From: Acidobacteriota bacterium
GTDB taxonomy: Bacteria; Acidobacteriota; UBA6911; RPQK01; JAJDTT01
Length of the DNA stretch: 64,000 nucleotides
Direction: 5' to 3'
Assembly (NCBI GenBank): GCA_965263035.1
Contig: OZ253580.1
Coordinates: 1,600,001 to 1,664,000 of the forward strand
Part shown: in pieces, positions 29,363 through 39,678 of the stretch
Position numbering within the stretch: position 1 is the first letter of the stretch
How the letters are laid out: every line of letters starts with the position of its first letter
The notes under the pieces: generated by a model
Database searches by the model: none
Told to the model about the DNA's origin: nothing
What the model saw: only the letters and a program-made list of their open reading frames with translations
Translations under genes and position numbers: made by a program

Positions 29363-30317
29363 AACAGACGAGACTCGAACCGAGACGATCCGTCTCAGGG
29401 TGAGCCCGGGCGACGCAGGCCGGCGCCTGGACGCCTACCTGAGCGGCCGCCTCTCCAAGTTCAGCCGCAGCAGTATCCGGCGCTGGGTGGAGGGCAATCG
29501 GGTCCTGGTGCTGGGCCAGAGCCGCAAGCCCAGCTACCTGCTGCGTCCGGGAGACGAGATCCAGGTGGACCCGCCCCCGCCGGAGCCCTCGCACCTGACG
29601 CCGGAACCGATTCCCCTGAACGTGCTCCACGAGGACTCGTGCCTGCTGGTGGTGGACAAGCCGGCGGGACTGGTGGTGCATCCGGGAGCCGGCAACCGGA
29701 GCGGGACCCTGGCCAACGCCCTGGCCTACCATCTGGAGGAGCTGAGCCGAGAGGAAACCGTCAGGCCGGGAATCGTGCACCGGCTGGACAAAGGGACCTC
29801 GGGACTCCTGGTGGTGGCCAAGACGGAGCAGGCGCACGATCTTCTCTCCCGCCAGTTCGCCCGCCGGGAGGTGGAGAAGCGGTACCTGGCCCTGGTGCAC
29901 GGCTCGGTGGAGAAGGATCGGGGCGAGATCGACGTTCCTATCGGGCGCCATCCCCGATCCCGAACCCGGATCTCGACCCGGACCCGCAAGCCGCGCCCCG
30001 CCCTGACCCGCTACCGGGTGCTCTCGCGGCACCCCGGCTTCACCTACGTCACGGTCGCGCCCCACACGGGGCGGACGCACCAGATCCGGGTCCACCTGAC
30101 CCATCTGGGACACCCGGTGGTGGGAGACGACACCTACGGCGGCCGGCGGCTTCGCCAACTTCCCGATTCGATCCGCGAATCGGACATGGTCCGGATGGGA
30201 CGCAACTTCCTCCACGCGGCCTCCCTGGCCTTCGTCCACCCCGGCACGGGACGGCGGGTACGCTTCGAGAGTCCCCTGCCCCCGGAACTTGAAGCGGCTC
30301 TGGCGGTTTTGGAATAA
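29355..30317 (+). CDS. rluD: RluA/RluD-family pseudouridine synthase
   Basis: S4 domain RLDAYL, DKPAGLVVHPG, HRLDKGTSG and GRTHQIRVH motifs. Confidence 0.9.
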   Translation: MVETDETRTETIRLRVSPGDAGRRLDAYLSGRLSKFSRSSIRRWVEGNRVLVLGQSRKPSYLLRPGDEIQVDPPPPEPSHLTPEPIPLNVLHEDSCLLVVDKPAGLVVHPGAGNRSGTLANALAYHLEELSREETVRPGIVHRLDKGTSGLLVVAKTEQAHDLLSRQFARREVEKRYLALVHGSVEKDRGEIDVPIGRHPRSRTRISTRTRKPRPALTRYRVLSRHPGFTYVTVAPHTGRTHQIRVHLTHLGHPVVGDDTYGGRRLRQLPDSIRESDMVRMGRNFLHAASLAFVHPGTGRRVRFESPLPPELEAALAVLE

Positions 30318-31564
30318 TGGACCGGCGAATGTCCCCACGAAGCCGGCTGAAGAGTCTCGAATTCTCAAAAAAGAATTTCGAGGTCAAGAGACGAGAATTG
30401 AGGGCGCTGGCATGCTCGCTGTGTCTGCGGGAGCGGGAGGGCGGCCCGCCGCGCGGAGACGGCTGGACGACTCGGCCGGGGGTTTCCGCGCAAGAGAAGC
30501 GGGCCCGGGCGAGAGTCTCGTTCTGGCGGTCGCCGGGCCACCTCCTGCTGGCGAAGCTGCTCACCCGGGTTCTGCTCGTCCTGGCCCTGATCCCGGGCCT
30601 CCTGGCCCAGTCGAGCCCCGAGGCCGGAGACGATCCGCTGGAACCGTTCCGGGTGGAGGTGGACGCGGTGAACGTCCTGGTGGCGGTCCACCACAAGAAG
30701 ACCGGCCGCTTCGTCACCAACCTCTCGCCGCAGCACTTCATCATCAAGGAGGACGGCCGCCGCCAGCAACTCACCAACTTCGCCGCCCAGACCAATCTGC
30801 CCCTGACCATCGCCATCTGCGTGGACGCCAGCGCCAGCGTCCGGCTCAAGCTGGGCTTCGAGAAGGAGGTGGCCACAGACTTCCTCTTTGACGTAATGCG
30901 GCCCACCGACAAGGCGCTGCTGTTGGAATTCGACACCGGGGTGACGCTGCTGCACGACTTCACCTCCAACCCCAACGCGCTGCTGGCCGAGATCGACAAC
31001 CTGAGGGCGGGCGGAGGCACCTCGCTTTACGACGCCATCTACCTGATCTCGGAGCAGAAGATGCTGCAGGAGTACGGCCGCAAGACGATCCTGGTCCTCT
31101 CGGACGGGTCGGACCTGACCAGCGTCCACACCTTCGACGAGACGCTCCGGATGGCCTATATGGCCGAATCCACCATCTACGCCATCAGCACCACCCGGTT
31201 CGGGGCGGGTGAGGACGCCAGAGGCGACGATGCGCTGGAAAACCTGACCGAGAACACCGGTGGCACGGTCTTCTTCCCCCACTCCAGCAACAACCTGGCG
31301 GAGGCCTTCACGACCATCGACCAGGAACTGCGCAGCCAGTACAACCTGACCTACGTCCCCACCAACAAGAAGAAGGACGGCACCCTCCGCAAGATCGAGG
31401 TGGAGGTGAAGGCGGACGACGTCCGGATTCGCCACCGGCGAGGTTACTACGCCCCGTTCGACCCCATGGACAAGTGGAACCGGCGGGCGCTGGAACGGGA
31501 GCAGCGGAGGTTCCGGGACGAGCAGGAGAAGCAGGAAAAGGCGAAGGATAAGGGCAAGGAGTAG
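30317..31564 (+). CDS. Acidobacteria-type VWA domain protein (start uncertain, probably ~30540)
   Basis: MIDAS DASAS, GGTSLYDAI, LSDGSD, TGG and ELRSQY.L.Y.P motifs; signal-like LLTRVLLVLALIPGLLAQ about 75 aa into the ORF. Confidence 0.85.
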   Translation: MDRRMSPRSRLKSLEFSKKNFEVKRRELRALACSLCLREREGGPPRGDGWTTRPGVSAQEKRARARVSFWRSPGHLLLAKLLTRVLLVLALIPGLLAQSSPEAGDDPLEPFRVEVDAVNVLVAVHHKKTGRFVTNLSPQHFIIKEDGRRQQLTNFAAQTNLPLTIAICVDASASVRLKLGFEKEVATDFLFDVMRPTDKALLLEFDTGVTLLHDFTSNPNALLAEIDNLRAGGGTSLYDAIYLISEQKMLQEYGRKTILVLSDGSDLTSVHTFDETLRMAYMAESTIYAISTTRFGAGEDARGDDALENLTENTGGTVFFPHSSNNLAEAFTTIDQELRSQYNLTYVPTNKKKDGTLRKIEVEVKADDVRIRHRRGYYAPFDPMDKWNRRALEREQRRFRDEQEKQEKAKDKGKE

Positions 31565-31570
31565 CCCGGG

Positions 31571-32437
31571 TCAGAAGCTCAACTGCGAGACTCGCTCGCG
31601 GTGCCGCTCGTTCCAGAATTCGGCAAGCCCACGGTAGTAGCGACCTTCTTCAGTCCGACCACGTTTCTCGCACCCCCCCGCCAGGATTCCCGATTTGCGA
31701 ACGATCTCGGCGTCGGTCCAGGCCTCCTGCTGCAGGCTCAGGATCCCGCTTTCGACGGTCTTCACCATGGCGCGGACCCGGAAACGGTCCAGTCCCCAGG
31801 TGCTCCTGGAAAGCTGGTCGGCATGCCCGCCGGTCTTGACTACCAGGGGCTGGTCCACGAAGCAGATGGGATGGCAGGCGAACATGCGCAGCCAGAGTTC
31901 ATAGTCCTCGCAGACGGGAAAGTCTTCGTCGAAGCCTCCGCAACGGTCCAGCAGCTTTCGGGAGAGGAGGATCGAACTGGGGCTGATGACGCAGCGGGGG
32001 AGAGAGTAGCGGTAGACCCAGCCGCCGTACTTGCGGTGGATCTTCTTGGGGTTCACGCGGCGGCCGCGGCGGATCCAGATCTCGTCGGAGTGGACGGCGA
32101 GGTCGTCTGGGTGGGACTTCAGCGCCGCAAGCTGAGTCTCCAGCTTCTTGGGGAGCCACGTGTCATCGCTGTCGAGGAACGAGATCCAAGGAATTTTCGC
32201 CTGCTGAATCCCCAGATTGCGGGCGGCGCTGACGCCCCTGTGTCCGGTTCGTACATACCGGATCCGCGAATCGCCGGGGTCTGACCAGTCCCGATCCGTG
32301 CCGTCGCTGGAACCGTCGTCGACGATGAGGAGTTCCCAGTCGGGAAAGGTCTGTGACCGTATTGATTCCACAGCCCGGGCCAGTGTTTTCCGGCGGTTGT
32401 GCGTGGGAATGATGATGCTGACACCTGTCGTCGGCAT
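31571..32437 (-). CDS. Glycosyltransferase family 2
   Basis: VSIIIPTHNR, VDDGSSDGT, ARNLG, FLDSDD and EDYELW motifs. Confidence 0.93.
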   Translation of the reverse strand: MPTTGVSIIIPTHNRRKTLARAVESIRSQTFPDWELLIVDDGSSDGTDRDWSDPGDSRIRYVRTGHRGVSAARNLGIQQAKIPWISFLDSDDTWLPKKLETQLAALKSHPDDLAVHSDEIWIRRGRRVNPKKIHRKYGGWVYRYSLPRCVISPSSILLSRKLLDRCGGFDEDFPVCEDYELWLRMFACHPICFVDQPLVVKTGGHADQLSRSTWGLDRFRVRAMVKTVESGILSLQQEAWTDAEIVRKSGILAGGCEKRGRTEEGRYYRGLAEFWNERHRERVSQLSF

Positions 32438-32626
32438 GGATCACTTCCAGAATTACGCGCTCCGTCCCGGCCCGGACTTGATTTTCTCTCAACGGTGGCG
32501 TTTACTGCCACCGTGGCTCATTTGAGCGATCACCTACAAAGATTCACGGAAGTGGAGGTCTGGTGTCGACGGCTCGGTGTAGTCGGCCCAGGCCCACTCT
32601 TACCTGGAAACCCTCGCTAGCCATAG

Positions 32627-32645
32627 CAGATCAATCCTTGATCTG
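32627..32645. promoter_or_regulatory. Perfect inverted repeat CAGATCAA-N3-TTGATCTG, candidate operator between divergent genes
   Basis: 8-bp arms with a 3-bp spacer, ~100 bp upstream of the large activator gene. Confidence 0.45.
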
Positions 32646-32746
32646 TAACTCGGTTGCTCTGCAATCGGTTTGTTCTCTTTCGAAAAGTCGTCTGGTCGGA
32701 GTCTCGGGAAATTCTCTGTGCCAGTGCAGATCGAAGGAGTGCCTCA

Positions 32747-35700
32747 GTGTCTTCACGCTACCGAATTCTTCGCCCATTGGAACCCGGGCCGGACCTGCGA
32801 GTCTACTTGGCCGTTGACGAGTGGGATACCGCCCGAAACAAAGTTCTGAGTCTACTGCCGGGAAAGATCACGTCCCGGACAGGCCTTCTGGATGTGGAGC
32901 GCTTGCATGAAATGCGTACGGCGCTCGATCACCCATGGCTCCATCCGGTCCAAGACGTCGCCTTTCGAGGGAAACGCCCCGGCTTCATCTGCGATTACCT
33001 GACCCGGAAACTCATCGGCGCAAAGAGAGGGCGCCTGCCCCCTACCCAAGCCATGAAGTTTTCCGCCCAGCTCGCAGAGCTGCTCGCCTACCTTCACAGC
33101 AGGGATTTCCTCTGCGGCTATCTGAAACCTTCCCACCTTTTCGTGGGGAGCTCCGGGGAATTGCTTCTCAACCTTCCGGCTCCCAAGCAGTGCCCGTCCG
33201 GAAAGTCTTTGCAGGCCGATGTCATTCGGTATACCTCACCAGAGTGGATCAGCAATGGAACCACTTCGACACAAAACGACCTCTACTCGCTCGGAATGGT
33301 CCTCTATCGGCTGTTTACAGGCCACGATCCCTATCGGGAGGAGAACCCCGACGTCCTTCTGCAGAAACAGGCCCTGACCTACCCGGCCCGGCCCCGGAAA
33401 TTGAATCCCGACATTCCAGCCAACGTGGAGCAACTGATTCTGGATCTCATTCAGAAGGATCCGGGAACTCGACCCTCTTCAGCCAGCTATGTGAGCGCCG
33501 TGTTACAGGGGGACAGCCGCTCGGCCGCTCCTCCATCCCCACGATTCCGCTGCTCGCTTATCGGCAGGACAGACGAGTCCACTGCGCTCCGCCAAACCTT
33601 GGATCTCCATGTCCGGGATCCACAACCTCGATTCGTCTCCATCGCGGGTCACAGCGGAATCGGAAAAACGGCCCTTATGAAACGGGTCGAATCGGCGGCA
33701 CGGCTCCGGAGAACCAGAACGTTTTCGGTGAGCCATCATCCCGGAGGGGGGATCCTGGAAGCATTCCAGGCAGAATCCGAGCTCGGCCAGCGCTGGAGGT
33801 TCACCGACACTTGGCAGGAGGCGAAAAACTCCACACAGCTCACCGAGAATCTGCTCTCGTTTCTTAGGAACGCGTCGTCACTCTCTCCGGTCGTCTTCTG
33901 CATCAACGACCTTCAATGGATGGATGAGGGCTCTCTGGAACTATACAGACGCGCGTTTGGAGACGATCCCATACCAATCCTCTTCGTCGGCAACTACCGC
34001 ACCGATGAACTTCCAGGATATTGGAACACGTTGAAATTGGAGCTGGAACAGTTTGGACACTTGAAGGAAGTCCGGCTGTCACACCTCGATCACATCGAGT
34101 CGGAGCAGCTCGTCAAAACTTTGCTTGGAGGTCCGGATCCAGCCGTCACCTCTACGATACTGCCGAAAAGCACCGGCAATCCTTTTAATATTCATGAATC
34201 TCTTCGTTATCTGCACGAAACGGGACAATTGAACTTTCGTTCCGGGCAGTGGAAGTATTCACCGATCCAAACCAGGGATTCTTTCCTGCCCGCGGCGGCA
34301 TCCAAAAAAATTGCCGGCCGTTTGGATCGGCTCACGCCGGACCAACGGGAAGTCCTCGATCATCTGGCCCTCATACGAAAACCAATATCGGCCGGCAGAC
34401 TTGCCAGGATTCTTCAGACCCCGGCCGATTCACTCTCGGAAGAGATCTACGCCCTGGATCGCCTCAACTTGGTCCGTGTTTCGGGGCGCCTCCACGCCCC
34501 CGGCGTCATGGTGGCGCACGACTGGATTGCCGGGACCATGGTCCAACGAATCGGCGAATCTTCGACCAGATACCAGCAGATTCACCGACGCATCGGCAGT
34601 GTCCTAGAGAACCGGTTCCTGAAGTCGGATGACACGCTCCTGCTGCAGGATCTGGTGCGCCACTACCTGTCCGCACACGAAATCGGCAAGGTGAGGCAGT
34701 ACATCTGGGAAGCACTGCTCCGATTGTGCGAACGACGAGCATACGCGGACGCTTCGAGCTTGCTTCGTCGCGCGTTGCGGCTGGGAGCGCTACCTATAGA
34801 CAGCCGGGACAGCGTCAAAAAATCGGCTGAGATCATGTATCTGGGCGGCAGCCTGCAGGAGTGCCACGACTATTGTCTGAAGCAACTCGATTCAGGACTA
34901 CTGCTGGCAGATGATCGAGTGTACCTCCTTTCCGTAGTCGCCCAGACCCACATCCACTTCGGGAGAATGGGACAAGGCATCGATACCCTGCAGGAAGCCC
35001 TCTCCGTCCTGGACCAGGCATCCACCGAATTCTTGCAGGGAGAACTCCAGGGAAAGTGGCTCTTCGCCATGAGCCGGATGGGAAAACACCTGGAGGTCGG
35101 CCGGGTGGCCGCTCAGATGCTAATTCAGAGCAAGCAGGACGCGTCCTTGGCCGAAAAATATCACCACGCCTTCGCGTCCCTCGCGTATGCCACCGGAGAT
35201 CTGGACCAAGCCATCCATTGGCAACTGGCCGCCGTTCGATCAGCAATCAAACGATGTCGAGCCATCAGCCTGATGAGTCGTATCACGAACCTCTCCGTCC
35301 TGTATTCCGATCTCGGAAAATTCAAATCAGCCAGAGATTCAGCTCGATACAGCCTGTCTCTGGCCAGGGAATATGGCAATCCCGAATTGGCGATTCTGGC
35401 GCAGAGAGCGCTGGCGATCCACAGCCGAAAGCTGGGCCGTCACAGACATGCGGCGCCACGGTTGAGGGAGTTGATCTCCAAGAACCGAGACCTGAATCGG
35501 AATCGACATACCGAAATCGAACTCCATATCGAACTGACGAAGAACCTGAACTATCTGCTGGAACTGGAGACCGCCGTCAGTGTCGGCGCTGCGGCCTTGG
35601 AAGAGTGTGCCGACCTCCCCGTGTTCTCGTCCTTTGTCGATGCCACCTTGGCGTCGAGTTGGACTTGGGTCCTGCTGGGTCGCCCGGACCGGGCTTTGGA

Positions 35701-37828
35701 GACGCTCGCCCCTCTCAAGGTGCGGAAACTCGGTCGCGAGAAGGGACGCTTTCTTCTCCTCAAGACCAGGATTCACCAGGATCTGGCCGAGTACGAGCAA
35801 GCGTACGACACCGCTACCGAGGCAAGAGAGACCCTGGCGTCGTATACGCCATACTACCGGGTGAAAGGGCTCCTGAGTCTTGCGGATACTCTCTTGGCGC
35901 TGGGCCGATCTTCCGGCGCCGAAAGTTGCATTCGAAAGGCAACCGACCTTTCGATGAAGCATTCTTACCTGCCTTTGCTCGCTGCGGCACATCGCCTGAG
36001 GGCGAGACATCTGCTGGCGGAAGACTCGCCCGACCGCGCCCGCGTCCTTTCTCTTCGGGCACTTCAACTGGTCAAACACATGGATCGGCCCGGACTCGAA
36101 GCCGAGTTGTATCGGGTGCGGGCCAGGGCCGAGGTCACGAGCGGCGATCGCCAGAACGGGGTCCGGAGCTACTCACGGGCTCTGCAGATCTTGAAGGAAA
36201 GAGCAGTACATCTGTCCCCCGACTTCCGAAGTTCGTTCTCCGAACGCTTCATCTCGCCCATCGAGACCGAACGCGACCAGGTGTTCCGCCGGATTTCCAG
36301 GCATCCCACGCCCAGGTACCTGGGACATCTACACAAACTGGTTTCGTCCATGGGGGAACGTGGCGGACTGGCCGATTTCGCCGAGGCGGCCCTGGACTGT
36401 CTCGCCGCGGGGGTTCCGGAGTTGGGCGCGAACCTGTTCGGCCGGGATCATTCTTCCCAGCGATTCCATCGGATCGCTCACTGCGGCAAATGCGTCAGGA
36501 GTGGACGACAGTACCTCCCCCGAGGGAATGATGGTCCAGTGTTCGAGGAGTCGCTGGAGCACATTCACGGGAAGGACGGATCTCTGGCGATGCGGTTCTA
36601 CGCAGACGGAGAACTGCTGGCTCTTCTCTATCTGGAACCACCCCTTCAGGGAATGTCCGAAGAGGACATGGACTTTCTGGCGTGCGCCGTCAAACTCCTG
36701 GAATGGCAACTGCCGATCCGGACCGAACCCGCTGCGGAGCGGCTCGAAATCGCTTCACCCCTCATCCTGAGAGATTCCAGGACAATCATTGGCGAGCACC
36801 CATCCATGAAGACGTTGTTCGACCACATCAAACGGGCCGCGCGCTCCGACGCCACCGTCCTGATCTTCGGAGAAAGTGGAACCGGCAAGGAACTGGTTGC
36901 TCAGGCTCTCCACGACTACAGCTACCGCTCGCGCGGCCCTATGACTCCGGTCAACTGCGGCGCGCTCCCCAAGGAGCTCATCGAAAGCGAGCTCTTCGGG
37001 CACCGTCAGGGAAGTTTCACCGGTGCCGTGCGGGACAAGCCTGGACTCTTCGAAGCCGCCTCAGGCGGGACGCTGTTCCTGGACGAAATCGGGACCCTTG
37101 CCCTGGACCTCCAGGTTCGCCTGCTGCGAGTGCTTCAGGAGCGGAAGGTGCGGCGCGTCGGCGAAACCAGGGAACGCGCCGTGGATGTGAGGATCGTCGC
37201 GGCCACCAACCAGCCCCTGGAGGATCTGATCGCGAAGGGTCTGTTTCGGGAAGACCTCTATCACCGGCTGAACGTGTATTACCTGGAGGTTCCTCCACTC
37301 CGGGAACGGCCGACGGACATCCCCCACTTGGCCCAGTTCTTTCTGGACTCCTTCAACCAGCGCTGGGGAACCAGGAAGGCCCTTTCCGCAAGAGCCCGGT
37401 TCCATTTGGGCCGATATGACTATCCGGGAAACGTCAGGGAGCTGGAAAATATCCTGGAAAGCGCCTATCACCTTTGTGATGAGACCATAGACCTGCCCGA
37501 GGTATCTTCCCGGCTTGCACGCCCGAAGAAGAAGTCCTCCCGAGTCGAGATGCTCGCCGATCTCGTGGAGCGGATGGTGGACGGCCACGCCGACTTCTGG
37601 GATGACGTACGAGACGTCTACCTGCGCCGCGACCTGACCCGGGACGACCTTCGTCAGATCGTCTCCCTTGGCCTGGAGGCCTGCGGAGGGAGCTATCAGC
37701 GCCTGGTCCACTACTTCGGATTGCCCAAGGAGGACTACAAGAAGTTTCTCGCCTTTCTGTCCAACCACGGCTGCAAGGTCGACTTCCGGCCATTTCGGGC
37801 TCAGAGGCCGAGACCTCCTGGGCGGTGA
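32747..37828 (+). CDS. Multidomain sigma-54 enhancer-binding protein: pseudokinase, AAA/STAND-like ATPase, TPR-like helices, GAF-like region, sigma54 AAA+, atypical C-terminal domain
   Basis: GTG 32747 after AAGGAG. Kinase-like YLKPSH/YTSPE/DLYSLG; GHSGIGKT and INDLQW; GESGTGKE, GSFTGA, LFLDEIG, FREDLYHRL and YPGNVRELEN. Confidence 0.9.
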   Translation: MSSRYRILRPLEPGPDLRVYLAVDEWDTARNKVLSLLPGKITSRTGLLDVERLHEMRTALDHPWLHPVQDVAFRGKRPGFICDYLTRKLIGAKRGRLPPTQAMKFSAQLAELLAYLHSRDFLCGYLKPSHLFVGSSGELLLNLPAPKQCPSGKSLQADVIRYTSPEWISNGTTSTQNDLYSLGMVLYRLFTGHDPYREENPDVLLQKQALTYPARPRKLNPDIPANVEQLILDLIQKDPGTRPSSASYVSAVLQGDSRSAAPPSPRFRCSLIGRTDESTALRQTLDLHVRDPQPRFVSIAGHSGIGKTALMKRVESAARLRRTRTFSVSHHPGGGILEAFQAESELGQRWRFTDTWQEAKNSTQLTENLLSFLRNASSLSPVVFCINDLQWMDEGSLELYRRAFGDDPIPILFVGNYRTDELPGYWNTLKLELEQFGHLKEVRLSHLDHIESEQLVKTLLGGPDPAVTSTILPKSTGNPFNIHESLRYLHETGQLNFRSGQWKYSPIQTRDSFLPAAASKKIAGRLDRLTPDQREVLDHLALIRKPISAGRLARILQTPADSLSEEIYALDRLNLVRVSGRLHAPGVMVAHDWIAGTMVQRIGESSTRYQQIHRRIGSVLENRFLKSDDTLLLQDLVRHYLSAHEIGKVRQYIWEALLRLCERRAYADASSLLRRALRLGALPIDSRDSVKKSAEIMYLGGSLQECHDYCLKQLDSGLLLADDRVYLLSVVAQTHIHFGRMGQGIDTLQEALSVLDQASTEFLQGELQGKWLFAMSRMGKHLEVGRVAAQMLIQSKQDASLAEKYHHAFASLAYATGDLDQAIHWQLAAVRSAIKRCRAISLMSRITNLSVLYSDLGKFKSARDSARYSLSLAREYGNPELAILAQRALAIHSRKLGRHRHAAPRLRELISKNRDLNRNRHTEIELHIELTKNLNYLLELETAVSVGAAALEECADLPVFSSFVDATLASSWTWVLLGRPDRALETLAPLKVRKLGREKGRFLLLKTRIHQDLAEYEQAYDTATEARETLASYTPYYRVKGLLSLADTLLALGRSSGAESCIRKATDLSMKHSYLPLLAAAHRLRARHLLAEDSPDRARVLSLRALQLVKHMDRPGLEAELYRVRARAEVTSGDRQNGVRSYSRALQILKERAVHLSPDFRSSFSERFISPIETERDQVFRRISRHPTPRYLGHLHKLVSSMGERGGLADFAEAALDCLAAGVPELGANLFGRDHSSQRFHRIAHCGKCVRSGRQYLPRGNDGPVFEESLEHIHGKDGSLAMRFYADGELLALLYLEPPLQGMSEEDMDFLACAVKLLEWQLPIRTEPAAERLEIASPLILRDSRTIIGEHPSMKTLFDHIKRAARSDATVLIFGESGTGKELVAQALHDYSYRSRGPMTPVNCGALPKELIESELFGHRQGSFTGAVRDKPGLFEAASGGTLFLDEIGTLALDLQVRLLRVLQERKVRRVGETRERAVDVRIVAATNQPLEDLIAKGLFREDLYHRLNVYYLEVPPLRERPTDIPHLAQFFLDSFNQRWGTRKALSARARFHLGRYDYPGNVRELENILESAYHLCDETIDLPEVSSRLARPKKKSSRVEMLADLVERMVDGHADFWDDVRDVYLRRDLTRDDLRQIVSLGLEACGGSYQRLVHYFGLPKEDYKKFLAFLSNHGCKVDFRPFRAQRPRPPGR

Positions 37829-38177
37829 CGGAGGGACCAGTGTGGACCGTCGCCGAGAGACTCCGGCAATGGGAATTCGGATGCGGAAACTACCGGCGCC
37901 AACTTCTCTGGAGCGGACTTGCGCGGCGCGGTTATCACGTTGGATCAGTTGGCGTGGGCCGTCATTTCGCCCGAGACGAAGTTGCCTGAAGGGATCACGC
38001 ACGCGCAGGTTGCCGCGCGTGCAACGAAAACAGAGATGAGGCTCGGCCGTTCCGGCGGATGAGGCTTTTGACGGGTTGGCGTATCAGACCAAAGATGCCG
38101 GTGTAGAAAAAGCCGGAGGAACCAGGCGGAACCTACGGCATCCGACCCACCGAGTATTGAATTCCAACGCCAGCCAA

Positions 38178-38897
38178 TTAGCCGAAGACATGAATCCCGA
38201 CGGAGATCAGCACGCCGTTCGTGGTGTGTCGGTAATCGAGCCGTACAGACTCGTCGGCAACCACCCAGTCGGTAAGCGAACGGAAGTAGCGGATTCGGAA
38301 GTCCACCGGCCACTTGAGCCGTAGGGTGGTCCCCGCGCCGATCGACCACGGCCATCTTCCCAGGCGCTCGCGGTCTTCCCCGGCCACTCCGGTCTCGGGA
38401 TTCGTTGCTCCGCTGGCGAACTCGGTCCAGGTACGACGGACTCCGCCCAAGACGTAGACCTGGGCGAGGCCGGCGGCGACTCTCCGTCCCAGGATGATGT
38501 TGCCGCCCGCACCCGCCAAGTCGCTGTAGTCCCACCGGCCGGGCCAGACGTCGTGCACGTTCCCGCTCCGGGTCGGAGAGATGGTGCCCTCCAGCTTGCG
38601 CCGGCTGGAGACGATCCCCTCGACCTCGCCCCCCACCAGCCAGTTCCCGGGCACGCCGAGGCGCAACCCGGCCGCCACGCTGCCGGCCAGCGCGAGGCCC
38701 ATTGAGGAGGATGTGCTGGAACCGGACCCGTCCCCGATGGTCACTTTCTTGGTGTGTTCCACCGAAATCGAGCCCGTCTCGGCGCCTACGCGCAGGTAGA
38801 AGGGGGACTGAGCGCGGGCGTCGACGACGCCGGCGAACAGGCCGATCACCGCTACCAAGCCGATCAATAGCCCTGGTCCAAACTTGTGAGATTTCAA
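38178..38897 (-). CDS. Hypothetical secreted protein, probable small outer-membrane beta-barrel
   Basis: TTG start after a GGAAGGGAG RBS; signal peptide ending ARA; alternating beta-strand pattern; C-terminal LISVGIHVFG. Confidence 0.7.
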   Translation of the reverse strand: MKSHKFGPGLLIGLVAVIGLFAGVVDARAQSPFYLRVGAETGSISVEHTKKVTIGDGSGSSTSSSMGLALAGSVAAGLRLGVPGNWLVGGEVEGIVSSRRKLEGTISPTRSGNVHDVWPGRWDYSDLAGAGGNIILGRRVAAGLAQVYVLGGVRRTWTEFASGATNPETGVAGEDRERLGRWPWSIGAGTTLRLKWPVDFRIRYFRSLTDWVVADESVRLDYRHTTNGVLISVGIHVFG

Positions 38898-38925
38898 GAC
38901 CTTCGACTCCCTTCCGGAGAACCAG

Positions 38926-39084
38926 GAGTCTGCGCGGTAGGAATGATCGTAGCGAGAAATCGGGGAATCGAGGCCAGATTTTCTCGATTTTGAGGTGCAT
39001 AGTCGTTCTATTCGCCGAGAAATCGGGGAAATATGGACCGATTCTACCGCTTTCGCAGTAGATCAATTTCTGCCGCGCAGGCTC
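38926..39084 (-). mobile_element. 159-bp MITE, copy 1
   Basis: Reverse-complement copy of the 47315/49535/61590 element; ~23-bp imperfect TIRs; plus-strand flanks CCAG and CTAG. Confidence 0.93.
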
Positions 39085-39272
39085 CTAGGACGGATCGAAG
39101 AAACGAAGCCTGCCCGTATGTGGAGATCAGCCTATGGTTCGTTGAAGCCGGAGTCAACTTCCAGGAACCCTGCTTTCTTTCGGTTTCGGGATAGGAATAT
39201 CAGGCGGGATAGGATGGGGAGAGAACCAGGTCGTGAGCACCATATCCTTTCGACACAGCTGCCTTGTCCCCT

Positions 39273-39358
39273 CCGGGAGCGGCAGCTTTCCAGCCACCAG
39301 ACTCCGTTGGAACAATGCGGCAAGGCGGGAGCGCGCAACTGGGAAGTCGCCCCTCCAC
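39273..39358. repeat. Degenerate REPIN downstream of the four-gene operon
   Basis: GGGAGCGGCAGCTTTCCAGCCACC ... GCAACTGGGAAGTCGCCCCTCCAC. Confidence 0.65.
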
Positions 39359-39387
39359 GTCGCCTCTCCTGATTCTCCTGCGTTAAC

Positions 39388-39591
39388 TCACTCGGCGAAT
39401 TTCTGCACAGCCTTCGGGGCGAATGCAGCGACCAGGAAGTACAGGACGAGCTCGGTCTTGCCGCCCGACCCCCAGCCGAACACCTCGACGCACGCGAGCA
39501 CCGCCGCCACAATCAACGCCAACATGGACATCAGGCGCATTGCGGACGGATTGCCGCCGCTATCGGTCATGAACTTGCTCGAGTCACTCAT
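39388..39591 (-). CDS. 67-aa two-TM membrane protein, holin-like
   Basis: ATG 39591 after GGAGGA; MSDSSKFMTDSGGNPSAMRLMS-TM1-GWGSGGK-TM2-PKAVQKFAE. Confidence 0.75.
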   Translation of the reverse strand: MSDSSKFMTDSGGNPSAMRLMSMLALIVAAVLACVEVFGWGSGGKTELVLYFLVAAFAPKAVQKFAE

Positions 39592-39678
39592 GTCGTCCTC
39601 CAAATCCAAGAAAAAAAGGATGTTTCCGTTGAATCGCAGACGGCTCTTTTTACCGCGGCATTCCGCCGCAGGGTCACA

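Noticed and set aside
37999-38022. GCACGCGC/GCGCGTGC hairpin between convergent genes as an intrinsic terminator
   Set aside because: The stem is real, but there is no clear U-tract directly after it on either strand.
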